Below, piece by piece: positions 46,780 through 60,200 of a stretch of DNA of 64,000 nucleotides; the first letter of the stretch is position 1; each line of letters begins with the position of its first letter. The stretch is from a virus, in the IMG/VR virus record IMGVR_UViG_3300034374_004935, positions 1 through 64,000 of that record; one strand, written 5' to 3'. A model generated the notes under the pieces. It saw only the letters and a list, made by a program, of their open reading frames with translations, made no database searches and was not told the origin of the DNA. The translations under genes and the position numbers were made by a program.

Positions 46780-49700
46780 CTAGTTCCACCCATTATACAT
46801 GTCTTGTTCATTTTCTAGCTCTTCTATACCTTGTAATAGAATCTCCTCTCTTTCTCCTTCTGTATAAGCATCCCAATTTCTAACAGGAGACGGTCCTAAA
46901 GTTTGCTTTAACCATTTTATAAGAGAGTATTGCTTTTCAGGGTCATTAGAAAGAACGTTAGCAAAGAATCCATCACCTACTAATTGCTTGTAGAATTTGT
47001 TTTTCTCTCCAGGATATTGAAATTCATATATATTTTTCCATCCAAAAGGTATTTTCTTTTGAGCCCATTTAGATCTTCTAGATTGCCCTTCGTAAGGTCC
47101 ACTTTCAATTGCTGTACCATCAAATAAATCTGTAAGGTCTGTCCAACCTTTAAGCATTTTTGTACCTACCACAGGCTCATCTATAAGGTCTGTAAGAGTT
47201 GCAGGACTCCAAGGAGCTGACTGTTCCATTAATACCCTGTTCATGATTAATGAAGTAAATTGTATAACAAATTGATCTTCATCATCTTCGTCTGCAAACT
47301 TCTGTGCTAATCCTGCTAAGAACGAGACTAGTATTGCAGCAAACATATCTATTACAGATTTTTTAACTCCTCTTCTTTGTGCTTTAGTCATTCCGTCATA
47401 CACAGAATGTGCTGCCATAAGATCTCCTCCTTTCATAGCTTTAAAAACACTAGGAAGATATTGTCCAAAAAATGCTCTATAGTGTCCTATTTCTTCTTCA
47501 CCTGTTATCCAACTTGTTTTTTGAGTCTGCATCTTAGCATCGATTAAGTTAACGAACCAACCACGGTGCATTAAAAGGAAGTCTCCTGCAGAAGTTCTTG
47601 CTAGCTTACCTTTATCAGTAGCTCCTAGTAAACCGTCTATATTATTACTAACATATTCTATCTTACCCTTTACTGCATTTAATAGTCCATCATTAATGTA
47701 CTGTTTCATGCCTTTTTTTATCCTCAATTGATTGTTAACAACTTCATAAGCATTGTATAGACTTTTTTCTCTAAGAGCTTCCCATTCTTTTTGTACAGAT
47801 TTCTCATGGGCTTTGTCGGCTTTTCTAGATTTTCCGTATTCTATTCCTTTTTTAGTAGCTGTTTTTCTTAAGAATTGTTCTTTAGTAATAAAATTGCCAT
47901 CGTATAATCTGTAGTTATCATATACTCCTAAAGAGATTCTAGATTTTAATCCGTAATCTCCTGTAGCATATGTAACATACATTAAATCTCCGCTAGCTAA
48001 TTTTTTTGTTAACCTAGATTTATCTGTCTCATATAACATAGAATCTAAACTAACAACTCCCATATCCTGGTTAAGAAGATGCATCTTGCTACTTTGTTTA
48101 TTAGACCCTATTTCTCCTATAACAGTTCCTATTTCTTTTAAGAATTCTATTCTTGACCAATTTTTACTTTCAGCAGTAATATATAAACCAGTAGAACCTT
48201 CTATAATAGAATCGATAGATCCTTTAATGTAACCTGCTAAAGATGTAGGCACATTAAATGCAAGGTTATTGTTTCTAATATATGAAGCTATACCTGATGT
48301 TAGTTTTGTAATACTTACAGTTTTATTTGTGCCTGGTATAGTATACTCAGCAGTCTGCCTTTGTTGACCATAAACTAAACTGTCAATCATTTCTTTAACA
48401 GTAGCGTATTCCATACTTGCTTCAGATGCTACCTTTTCTTTTATGTTTCCTCTTCTAACACTATAGTATTCTTTATCTTTTAAAGAAAATAGTATGTTGT
48501 TTACATCAGGAGAAATTTTTGTCATCTGATAAAAATTCTCTGCCATCTCTGCAAACATTACAAAAGCTCTTCCGAAATCAGTAGTTAATTTAGAAGGGTC
48601 ATCTAATTCTCTTGTAAAGTAAATTGGAACTGTTTCTTTATCAAGTTCTCTTAACTCACCGAATTGAGTATCATCTTGTTCAATCATTACTCCTTCTCTA
48701 GCAACTTCTTTTATTCTAGTAAGAATATTTCCGTCTGCTCTAAATAATCTATCTAAAGTACTCTTCATCATAGAAGGACGCATGTAAAGCAACTGATCCG
48801 TTTGAAATCCTGCAGGTAATTTTGCAAGAGCTTCTCTTTTTACTCTCATCAAAGTTTCATAATGAAGTCTGAATTTCTCATCTTTCATTAATTTTGCAAA
48901 ATTCTTATTCTTATAACTATCGTTAGGAACTTGTTTATACTCTTGTCTGATATAATATCCTTGTTTTTTTTTCTCAGCTATATCACTTTCATTTACCCAA
49001 ATAGGATCTCTATTTGAATTTCTAAGTTTCATTAATACTTGAGTAGTTAAATTGCCTTCTTCATTTATTATATCTTTTTTAGCATCTACTTTAATACTAA
49101 CAGCATTTTTAATATACCAACCTTCCCACATCTTAGCATATGCGGCAGCTTGTTCTGCTGTAAAGAAATTTTTATTTATTAAACTAGGATCTCCTTCTCC
49201 AGTTTCTGGGTCTACGTAACCTAATTTCTCAGCTACTTTTTTTCTAAACTTTTCTCTTTCTTTATAAAATTTAGAATAGTTATAATCTGCTACCATATAA
49301 TGGGTAGGCTTATTGCCGTCCATCTCTATGAGATCTTCTTGTTTATATTTACTTAAGAATAAAGTCTGGGAAGCTAATACATCTCTAGCAGTACTTACGG
49401 CAAATCTTTTAACATTATTATAAGCATCATAAATAAATTTATGTACTGATCTAATAACAGCTGACTTAGCATTTTTAAAGTTACCTGTATAATATTTAAA
49501 CCAATCAAAGAATTTTGTTTGCATAGCTTCAAAAGCACTCTCTTCATCAAAATCTTTATCTATAACTTCACCATCAGGTGTTCTATTTATTTCTCTAAAC
49601 TTTTCTTTATTTTTTTCTAATCTTAAAGGTTTTAATCTGGTTCTAGATTTAGTTATTAAATCTCTTAAACTAGCTACTGCTTCCTCTATATCTGCTCCTT

Positions 49701-51249
49701 CTTCTCTAGTAACAGTAGATACTCTTACATCTTCTATCAAAGTATTGATAAGAGAATTATAACTATCTAAGAATAGCTCATAATTATATAATGTTCGTCC
49801 ACCTAAAGTAACGTCTCCTCTTTCTGCAGAATCTAATACTTTAAATATTTCATATACTTCTTCTTTAGAAGAGTAAATCCATTTAGTAATACCAGTATTA
49901 TACCTAGCATTTTCAAGGTCTCTTTGTAGACCTTCTATCTCAGCTGTAACTGCAGCAATTGCTTTTTTACTTTTCTGACTTCTAGTATCTCTTTGAGCTT
50001 CTTTAAGTCTTTGTTTCTTCTTTAAAAGCTGCTGCTCTACTTTTTTAAGAAACTTTTCTTTTTCAGTCAGTTTCCTTTCATCGCTTCTTTTTTCTTTTTG
50101 ATATTTAATATCATCTTTTGTAAAAGGTCTTTTGCCTTCGTGTTTCTTCAGCTGTTTATAGGACTCAAACTTTTCATATTTTCCTACTTGCTCTTGATTT
50201 AATATATCTCTAGCCAAAGGAATAACAACATTTTCTATATCATTTCTACCTGCACTATCTATTCCTAGAGCCCAATCTAACCAGGCAGTAAAATCTTGCC
50301 ATACTTTCTTAAGACTTTGCCAGAATCCTGATACATCTTCTTCAATAAATTGATCAGTCTGTTTAAACTGATTAACTATTTCAGCTGCTAATATCTTACC
50401 TAAAGCTTCTTTTCTAAAGTCTTCTTCATTCTCATAGATATCTTTATACTCTTCTTTTACTTGTGCGTAAGTCTCAGTCTCTGTGACTTGTTCTAAAGCT
50501 TGTTTTATAGTAGTAGGACCTAAAATATAATTAGCCTCCCCTTGGCTCATCAACTGCATCTCAATAGCAAAGTGAGCGACTTCTTCTGCAAGAGTATCTA
50601 TCTTAGCTCCATCAGCAATAGCGATAAGAGAATTCATAAAGTCAGCAACTCCTAAAGCATTTTCTTCAAATCTATTAGGGAATTTTTCCATCACAGATTT
50701 TAAAGACTCTATAGCTACTCCATGTTTTCTTGCCCAAGCTCCTAATATTCTATCTAATTTAGCATTTGCTTTTTCAGTATTCTTAACACTCATTTGTCTA
50801 AACATACCGTTAGCATATGGTGAGTAGTAAGTATCTTCTTTCTGGGCTACATTAGCATTTTTATAACCTGCTATATAATAAGTGCCATCAAACTTTTCTT
50901 TAAGTCTCCAAGGCTGATCCCCTATTCTATCAGAAATTTGTCTAAGCTTAGTATTAATTCTTCTGACATCATTTTCTGATAAATCTTTTTGATATACTTC
51001 ATTAAAGAATATATCACGAGCTTCTTTTATAACAGCTCTAGCTCTAGAAGGACCTCCTTGATATAATACTTGTTTTTCTTGAGTATTTTGTATAGAAGTT
51101 AGACCTATTTGTTCTATAGTAGGAAAATCTTCTGTATTATTTTGTTCCATCCATATACCAACTTTAGCAGCTACTATAAGAGGATTTACTTCTGTATCTA
51201 GTAACAGCTGTTTAAATTCAGGATGAGATTTATTTATACATTTACTCAT
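46780..51249 (-). CDS. large virion cargo (ejection) protein
   Basis: 1489 aa directly after the RNAP gene; degenerate zincin-like AEEVAHF...EALGKILA; helical C-terminal region. Confidence 0.75.
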   Translation of the reverse strand: MSKCINKSHPEFKQLLLDTEVNPLIVAAKVGIWMEQNNTEDFPTIEQIGLTSIQNTQEKQVLYQGGPSRARAVIKEARDIFFNEVYQKDLSENDVRRINTKLRQISDRIGDQPWRLKEKFDGTYYIAGYKNANVAQKEDTYYSPYANGMFRQMSVKNTEKANAKLDRILGAWARKHGVAIESLKSVMEKFPNRFEENALGVADFMNSLIAIADGAKIDTLAEEVAHFAIEMQLMSQGEANYILGPTTIKQALEQVTETETYAQVKEEYKDIYENEEDFRKEALGKILAAEIVNQFKQTDQFIEEDVSGFWQSLKKVWQDFTAWLDWALGIDSAGRNDIENVVIPLARDILNQEQVGKYEKFESYKQLKKHEGKRPFTKDDIKYQKEKRSDERKLTEKEKFLKKVEQQLLKKKQRLKEAQRDTRSQKSKKAIAAVTAEIEGLQRDLENARYNTGITKWIYSSKEEVYEIFKVLDSAERGDVTLGGRTLYNYELFLDSYNSLINTLIEDVRVSTVTREEGADIEEAVASLRDLITKSRTRLKPLRLEKNKEKFREINRTPDGEVIDKDFDEESAFEAMQTKFFDWFKYYTGNFKNAKSAVIRSVHKFIYDAYNNVKRFAVSTARDVLASQTLFLSKYKQEDLIEMDGNKPTHYMVADYNYSKFYKEREKFRKKVAEKLGYVDPETGEGDPSLINKNFFTAEQAAAYAKMWEGWYIKNAVSIKVDAKKDIINEEGNLTTQVLMKLRNSNRDPIWVNESDIAEKKKQGYYIRQEYKQVPNDSYKNKNFAKLMKDEKFRLHYETLMRVKREALAKLPAGFQTDQLLYMRPSMMKSTLDRLFRADGNILTRIKEVAREGVMIEQDDTQFGELRELDKETVPIYFTRELDDPSKLTTDFGRAFVMFAEMAENFYQMTKISPDVNNILFSLKDKEYYSVRRGNIKEKVASEASMEYATVKEMIDSLVYGQQRQTAEYTIPGTNKTVSITKLTSGIASYIRNNNLAFNVPTSLAGYIKGSIDSIIEGSTGLYITAESKNWSRIEFLKEIGTVIGEIGSNKQSSKMHLLNQDMGVVSLDSMLYETDKSRLTKKLASGDLMYVTYATGDYGLKSRISLGVYDNYRLYDGNFITKEQFLRKTATKKGIEYGKSRKADKAHEKSVQKEWEALREKSLYNAYEVVNNQLRIKKGMKQYINDGLLNAVKGKIEYVSNNIDGLLGATDKGKLARTSAGDFLLMHRGWFVNLIDAKMQTQKTSWITGEEEIGHYRAFFGQYLPSVFKAMKGGDLMAAHSVYDGMTKAQRRGVKKSVIDMFAAILVSFLAGLAQKFADEDDEDQFVIQFTSLIMNRVLMEQSAPWSPATLTDLIDEPVVGTKMLKGWTDLTDLFDGTAIESGPYEGQSRRSKWAQKKIPFGWKNIYEFQYPGEKNKFYKQLVGDGFFANVLSNDPEKQYSLIKWLKQTLGPSPVRNWDAYTEGEREEILLQGIEELENEQDMYNGWN

Positions 51250-54200
51250 TAGTTACATTTTATAACATTATATTTTTCTTCAGGAGAAAGAGTGTCCCAT
51301 TCTTGTTGAGTCATTATATCTCTAGTAGATGTACCGTTAGCAGTTTTTATTCCATAAAGATAATTAGTTATACTTGGACCATTTTGATATATCTCTTCTA
51401 CTATATAATTTTGGTTATCTCTTAACCATTTATCTCCTTCACTTATCTGTTCTCTTTCACGCTGTATCGTTTCTCTGTAATCCTTAGTTACATTTTCTAC
51501 TATTGCGTTTATAAGTTCCATAGATTCTTCGTAAATTTCTTCTCCTCTACCTTTTTTAGGTACTTCATAAAATATCGAAGTTAACCAATCTATAAATTTT
51601 TGCCAAATACTTTTTGATTCTTGTGGAGCTCTTAAGCTTTTAACATGATTTGCAAAGTCAGGATTAGTAAAAATTTCTGCTACAAATTCAAATTCATCTG
51701 TAAAACCGTAAAGATCTTGCTTCGGAGATTCACTCTTTTTATCTAAATTTTTTGCTTCCTTAAATAAATTTGTTAGCTCAGTATTCTTTTGTCTTAACTC
51801 TTTGTCTATAATATCTTGAGTAACTCTTTTACCATCTTTTACAGTAGTTTGTTTTCCTTTAACAACTAAATCAATAGTAAAAGCATGGGTTACTTCATGG
51901 AGGAAAGCATATAAATAAAATGCTCCACTATCTACTTGTCGTATTGTTTCTTCATTTAAATATATTGTGTCATTATAGTAGAACATGTAAGTACCTCTAC
52001 CTCTTGTTTGCTCTGCCCACTCTTCATTATTTAAAAATTTAACTTCAAAATTAACTCTTCCTAGTTTAGTAACTAGCTGTGATATATTAGAGTCTTTTTC
52101 TAGATAAGGCCAAAAAGCTCTGAGTACATCTTGACTGCCTTTAATTTTTTCTGGATCAAAAAAGCTTCTATCAAAATTCACAGCTAATTGTTCCCAAGAA
52201 ACACTATCATGATAATTGTCTACAAGCGTCTCTGAGATACCTGAAACCTTTAGCTTAAACATTTCGTAAAGTTCTTTAACCACTGGGTCATTTTCAGGAG
52301 TCTTATCTACAAACTTTTGCTCCATATTCTTAGCATTGAATATTTGGAATTTCCCATTCTTAATCTCTGCTATAAACTCAGCATCTTTATACTGAAGTCT
52401 ATACATTTCTGTATCGGTAGAAAGATCTACTGGAGCTGTTTTCTTTGTTAAATCTACTTTAGGTTTAATTGTACTCGGTACTTCTCCCTCTGCTGATTTA
52501 ATATTTTGTGTGATTTCATTATCGACTGCTTGGTCTGCTAATCTTTGAGCTTCTGTTTTGCCGTCTTTTATAGTGTCTGGTGCAGGAGATACAGAGTTTT
52601 CTATTGCTCCTAATGCATTAAATTCTAAAGCGACATTACTAATCCCTAAATTAGGTACTCTATTATATTTATAAACAACAATTTCTTGGTTATTACTATT
52701 GTATTCTATAATTGTATCTGTTAATTTATAGATAGAAGTTGCATAATGATTATTTATTTTAGTATCATATGCTTTTATATACGGTACAGGTTCGTCGAAT
52801 CTGTCTCTAAGATTAGTTGTAGCATAATTACCTATGACAACTAAATTGCCTTTTAAGTCTTTTATTATATTAGCATCTGCTTCGTAGAAAGTTGATGTAA
52901 TTCTTCCTGTAGGAGTCAGGTAATTCCCAGCATCTTCTTCTGATAATGTTCTATCTATTTTAGCAGTAGGAATAAAATTATGACGATTAGAATAGTTACG
53001 AATAAATTGTTCTATAAATCTTCCATTATACTCAGAATCATAATTCTCTACCATTAATCTTTTCTGAAGAAGTTCGTTCATAGTAAGCTGTCCTCCTCCA
53101 TCTTGTATCATTAAGTCTGGTTGAGTAGACTGATACTCATTAGTAAAGAACATGACGGGAATAACATTAGCAAATGTATAAGGACCGAAATTAAATCCGT
53201 TAGCAAAGAACGAATACTTTATTAATTTTTTTGCTATCTCTCTAATTTCAGGATCAGGGTCTAATAACATTCTTTCCCAAGAATCTGATAATGCTTCTAT
53301 ATCTTCAGCAAACTTTCCTGTTTGATAGAATTGAATTCTGCTAATAGGAGAAGTTAAATCTGGACGTACTATATGAAGTTGGTCCATTAATGGTTTAAAT
53401 GGAGAATTCTCAGGTAAGTTTCTTTTAAACGTTAAAAATTCTCCAGGGAATTTCTTTAATATATCGTCTATCTGATCGTGGTGGAAAAACTTAAATTCAC
53501 TAGCAATGTAATTTAAATAGTTACTATTAATTAATTGCGCTTCTTCTTCTCTTAAAACTCCTGTACCTTTAAACTCAGTAAACTTTTCTTTAATTAATCC
53601 TAAAGGAGAGAACTTAGTTTCTGTAGGATTATTTTCATTTATATTACCAATAGTTGGAAACACCTTTTCGTAAATACCAATAGGCTTATATAAACCGTAT
53701 GTTGTAAATGCGGGGCTTTGTTTTTGTTTAGGATTTTTATATAAGAAAATTTCTTCTAAACCTGATATTTTATTAGCTCCTCTTTGATTGTCTACTAATA
53801 TTCTTGTTTGATTGTTTAAGAATACATAGTCAGCTGCACCAGTAGATCCGTAAGCAGTAACAGAATCTGTTTTAGAAGCTCGTATTCCTCTAGATAATTC
53901 TTCTGCTATAGTATCTAATTCTTCAAATAAAGCAAGTGCTGCTTTTTGGATAAAAGCATTTTTAACACCTTTCTTACCACTTAGAGTTTTTTCTAACATC
54001 TCAGTAGTTAAGTCTTTTATATTTACTGGTTTCACAGTAGTTCCACTAGGAATCTGTTCTTGAAGATTAGCTATAATCTCTTTCTTTATTTGAGAAACAA
54101 GATTTTGTTTACTCATAGACCCTTGTTCATTTTGAACTCTATTTGTTAGTTCTAATATTGCAGGCTGATTTAGTAAAGCAAACATAAAGGCTTCGTCGAC

Positions 54201-57200
54201 ACCAAGTCTATCTGCAAGTGCTACTACATTAGCAGTAAACATGTTGAAGTTTAAGAATGCTGAAATAGGTTCTTTCGCATTATCCACAACAGCTGCTAAT
54301 TTAGTCGCAAGTATTCTTGAAATTCTTTTACCAGTTCTACTTCTAATTTGATTTAATGCTTGATAAGTTTGTTTATTAAATTCTAATTGGTCTACTAATT
54401 TAAGATTTGTATACTGAGCTTTAGCATGGTGAGTATTATGATTCGCCATAATACCAATAAGATCGTTACCGTCCATGTTACGTCGGAATAACTCTAATTG
54501 AGTAGAAGGATAAGCAATGTTAAAGTCGGCATCATCATCTAGTTTATCTGCAGCTGCTAATAATTCTTTTCCTTTTAAATTAGCTTCTTTAGTTTTGCCT
54601 GCTTTTAATAATCTAATTCTAGCACCTGCATATTTTAAAGAATCAAAGTTACCTGGATTAATAATTGCAGCAGCAGTATTTCTATTTTCTAGAATAGACT
54701 TCATAATATTTATTTTCATATTATCTCTAGCTGCTCTAGTATTGTAACTTGATATATTTATGCCAAGATTTTTAGCATCAAGAAGTGCACTAGCTATTAC
54801 ATCAATAATTACATTTTTACCTTCTTCTGCTTCTTGAAGCGCTATACTTTTTTCAACAAGCTCTTCGTCCCATTCTTGTCCATTTAAAATATTATAAAAA
54901 GAATCGATTGTTTCTTGAAGTTCTTTTTTTAGAGCTTTAGCATCTTCAGTATTTAATTGTTTAGACTTTTTTAATTCTCTTTCACTTTCTCTAATTTCTC
55001 TTTTAATATCTGAAAGGCTACGATTTTTATCTTTTGTGGCTAGAGCTACTTCTTGTATTGAAGTTTCTACTCTTTTTAAAAACTCTTCTCTTTCTTTTTC
55101 ATTTTTTATAGTATCCTCTGCAAATTTTTTAATTAATATTTTATTTCTATAAATATTTTCAGCAAGATCATTTGCTTGTTCTTGGTTATCTATAGTACTG
55201 TAGTATTGAGTTATTTTGGGAATATTATCTATAACTCTAAAATGTTTAGATAAGAAATACAATTTATCAATATCGAAGTCAAGACCTGCAATAGTAGTTA
55301 CTTCAGGAGGCATTATAATAGTATTAGCCATAGACGGAGGAGTAAATCCTATAATTCTAATATTAAACATAGAGTATTTATCTTCCGTCGGAATCCTGTT
55401 AGCTATAATTTCTAATAGCTCAGAAGCATACATGTTTATGTATTCAAAGTCAACTTCTCCGTCTTTAGTAGGAAAAAATTTCTTTGATGTATGAGGCATT
55501 AATACTTCCCAAATAATTTTACCATCTTCAATTTTTAATTTAGGATGGTATCTTTCTCCTACAAGATCTGCATCTTCTTCTCTTTGAAGAGTACTTACAC
55601 CGTAAGAAGGCGTGTTAATTACCCCTCCCCCTTTAATTTTTTGTTTAACTACATTGTTTTTAAAGATAGAATGCAAAAGAGTTTCTGTTTGATATAAAAT
55701 TCTAGGATGGAATAAAGGCAAAGCTGTAGTAATTGTTTTTTTTGATCCTAATGATGCATCATTAACAGTGACTTCTACTGGAGAAATAGCTTGAAGATAT
55801 TGGTCTCCCATATTTCTTTCAACAGCATGTTCTCTTAATAAAGGAATCAGCTTTACATAATTAAGAGTACCGTCAGGATTTACCATATCTTTTTCTAATG
55901 ACTCGAAAGATTCTTTTAAGTCGTCGAAAATAATATCTTGATATAATGAAACTACTTCATATCCTTTTAATGAAGTTCTAGTATCGCCTATAAATAAATC
56001 ATAATCCTGGTCCATTGCTATATCACCAGTAATAAGAGTTCTTAGCTGTGATCCAAAATTACTTCTTTCATCAATATGGTGAGCAGGAGTTTCTTGCTGT
56101 TTTCTGTAATCAGATATATCTAAATTAAATACTTTAACACTATCATATCCTACAGAAGGTATGTAGCTTCCGTCAGCTTGCTTTTCATAGTGAGTAAACC
56201 TACTATCTTTTCCATTTGTTATTCCTCCTACTTTAACAGCTGATTCAAAAAGAGCTACTTCATATGCGCCTCTTTCCATATCTTCATATATTGCAGCAAG
56301 TTTAGGATAAACTAGATTACCTTGCTTATCTTTTTTAAGAGCAAAAGATTTAGTAAGTACTGTTTCAGAGTTCTTAATCTGCATAGGAACTCTTACACCA
56401 TCAACATACATTTGTGTAAATGTAAATGGTTTTAATGGAGATGCAGGAGGATCTATAATTCTTAAATCTTCTATAGTTTCTTTTCCTTTTTTAATTCTAT
56501 CATAGGCTTTATCATGGGCTTCTCCCCACTCTCCTAAACCTTTTAATATTTTTTTACGGAAATCTAAAGATACAAAAGTACCACCATCTGATTCATTATT
56601 TTGATCTCCTACTTTTTTAGCATTAGCCTTTTCTTTCCACATTATTTTCAATGCTTCTTTTTCTACAGGAGTCATATTAGACTTATCAATAATATCATTG
56701 ATATGTTTTAGATTTTCTTTAGAGGTAGGAACCATCGAGTCTTCTAAAATAATAGCGCTATAACTTCCTGTTAAAGTAGTGTATGTACCAGGACTAAAGA
56801 TTTGCTTAAAACGTTTTTGATAATCTGTAGTACCTTTATAAAAACTAGGATCTCCTGCAAATAAAACATTTGTTTGAGCATTATAATAAAAAGTATTCAT
56901 AAGGTAATCTATAAATACTTCGTTTTGTGCTTGAGTAGTTTCTAGACTTTTGTCTAAAATATTAGGATTAAATGTCATTAATCCTTCTGCTGTTTTTCCT
57001 TCAACAATTCCTGATTCTTTATATTTAAGATATTGTTGTCTAAAGAAAGTATCTTTTTCTAAATTAAACTCAAAGAATTTTTGAATTTCTTTTTTAATAC
57101 CTTGTTTAGTTTTAAGATTTTTAGCAGGAACTTTATTTAAAAAAGTAAGTAATTGAAAGTTCTTTCCTCTTTTTACATAGTTCTTATTTAATAATAATGG

Positions 57201-60200
57201 ATGAGGAACAGCATCTTTATTTTCTTTCTTTTCTTTTTTATACTGTTCTTCCAAGCCTTTGATAAACTTCATTCTTTCCATTTCTGCGATAGCAGTATCT
57301 GTAAGTTTATCTATAATTTCATCTTTACTAAGTCTCTTTACTTTTAAATAATGGGCAGTAGGAGAGTTTGAAGGTATACCTAATTTAATACCCACATTAC
57401 CTTGTTGGTATTCTCTTTTACCTCTTCTATAATATAAACCAAAAGAAGTTGCTTCTAATTCTATATCAGACATCTTACCATAAGTAACAGCTTTGTTTTG
57501 TCCTTTTCTAGTAAGTCCGTCTAATATAATAGATTTAAGATTATTTCTTAAACCGTCGTCATTTTTTAAATCTTGTAAGAAAGGCAAGTTACTTACTAAT
57601 AAATCATTTCCTGCTACATTATCTATAAGCTTCTGAAGACTATCTTCATCTTTAACTTCTTCTAACATTTTATTAATCTGTCCTGAAAGAATAATGTTAT
57701 ACTTAGTTTTACCTCCTATACCTCTAAAACTAGAAACTAATTCGGTGTCTAGTGCAGGCTCTATAGCTTCTGCTAATTGTTGTACTAAACTTTTTCCTGA
57801 AGCTTTACTTTTTCCGTACTGAATATCTGTTTCAGGAGTTAGTTTAGTAAATGGATTAACTCTTGCTTTTGCGTCTCTTTTATATTTAGGAGTCTTAACT
57901 GTTCTTTTCTTTCCGTCTTCGCCAACAACAGTTCGACTTTCCATCGCTGTTCTATCTGTTCCAACTAGTTTTTTACCTACCTCTTGGAGAACACGTAATA
58001 GATTTCCAATCTTTCCTCTTTTATATAAGAATTTTGCTCCTCCACTATTATAGATTTTATCTAATTGTTCAGGAGTTAAGAAAAGATTTACAGTAGCTAA
58101 GTGATCAGAAAGTAGTTTAAAGAATTTTCCGTTTTCAAAAAAGTCTACACTTTTTTCAGCTACTTTTTCATCAGCACTAACATCATTTTGTCTATATAAA
58201 AAATCTAATTTTAGTAAACCATCTAAGAAAGCTTTGGCTTTAGCTGCGTCTATATTATCTGTCCAAAGAGCATCTTGTTTACCTACTTTATATAATGAGT
58301 TAGTACTAGATAAGAAGTTAGCTATAAGATCTTCTGAAATAATATCTTTGATAGTTTTAGAGTTAGAACTAAATACTCTAAATTCTCCATTTACTTCATA
58401 GACACTTTCAAACTCTGCAAAGTTTTTACTAGCAAAATTGGCAAAGAACAATGTTCTTAGTCTTGGATTCTGAGCAAATAAATCTATAACATCTTGTTTC
58501 CAAGGTTTATTTAGAGTAGCTAGTTTTGCGTCAAAGTTTTCTAAAGTATAACTATTAGCTACTTTAGATACTAAAGCAGCAAATACTACATTAGAATCTT
58601 CTACATCTTGAATACCAAAAGGAGAAATTGCTTTTGAACCATCAGAATTATATTTAGGAATATTAGCAAAGAAACTAATAAGCTGTTGCTTCATTCCCTG
58701 CTTAGGATTTCTTTCAATACTATTTATCTGTGCTACTCTATCTGGAGTATCTTCTCCTTCTTCAATAGCATTTATATAATCTTGTTCTGTAACTTGACCG
58801 TTAGTGCCTTCTTGAGGAGATCTACTCTCTGCTTCAAATCCTCCATAACTAATTTCAATACCTTCATTACTTTTTAAGAATCTATTAAACTGTTCTAATA
58901 AATCAGAAGACTTCATAAATTCTATTCTACCTTTTGGATTCTTCCTAACAATCTTTTGATTATTAGTTATGATTTTATAGAACTTACTAAAGTGATGAAT
59001 TAAGTTTTTAAACTTAGCAACTTTTTTAGTATCTCCAGCTGCCTCTGCTTGTGCAAGAAGTTGTTTTGCGACTGCTATATCTCGAACAACATCAGTAATA
59101 GCATTACTAAATATAATATGAGGACCTGAGTTCTTAGACTTCTTACCTACTAAATTTATTATTTCAGGTACAGATAATTTATTTTCTGGGTCTAATTGTT
59201 GGCGGAATCCTTCAATGGCTTTTTTAATCTTACTGTTAAAATATCTTAACGCCCATTTTTTCTCAACTGGATTTATATACTTTCTGTTAGGAGCAGTAGT
59301 TCTTACAGATTGTCCGATAGATTGTCTAATAGATCTTTTTAATACAGTGTTTTTAAATTTTATAGAATCCGCATACACTCCTAAGTTTATATTCTCAAAT
59401 AAGTTATCTATGTTTAGAACTTTATTCTTTTTAAAGAAAACTCGTAACATTCTAGAAAGACCTTTAAAAAAAGCATTAGTCTCTTTAAAATTTTCTTTAC
59501 CTGCTAATATATCTTTAGTTTTTTGTTGCCCCGTTCTTTTATCTTCAGGGACAGGTTGCTTGCTTACAGGCTTAAGCTTATCAACTTCTTGGCTTTGTTC
59601 ATAAGCCATAAACTTATCTGCTAAGAATTCTTCTAACTCAATAAAAGTAGGTCTAACATATTGAACTTCTTTAGTACCGTCTTCTAGAGTAACTTCTTTT
59701 CTTGTTAAAGGAATCTCTTCTTGATACTTATAAAAGATCTCATTTAAGATTTTAACTCTTTGTTCTATAGGCAGAACTAAATTAAAAATAACATGAAATG
59801 CTTCGTGAGCTTCTGTTCCTGCTGGAGCTAACTCTGATATTAATACTGCAGCAGTAGTAAATAATCCATATAACTCATCTCCGTTTTTTAATGCTTGTTG
59901 CAGCATCTCAAAAGATTCTTTAGGAAGGTAGTGGCGTAAAGAATCAAAATCTTTAATGACTCTAACAGTGCCTTTCTTTCCTGACTGTCTTTTAAAAGAC
60001 TCTCCTAATATTCTTTTAAGAGTTTCTAATCCTTGTTCTCTAGCTTTCTTAGCATCTTCTTTAGCAAGTTCAGGGTCCATCTTAGGGCCCATTTTTGTTT
60101 TAAGATTACTATCTCCAAAAGGATCTCCTATTATATCATCGCTAGAAGATACATCAGTATCTATATCGTCACCAGTCTCTGATTCTGAATCAAGAAGAGT

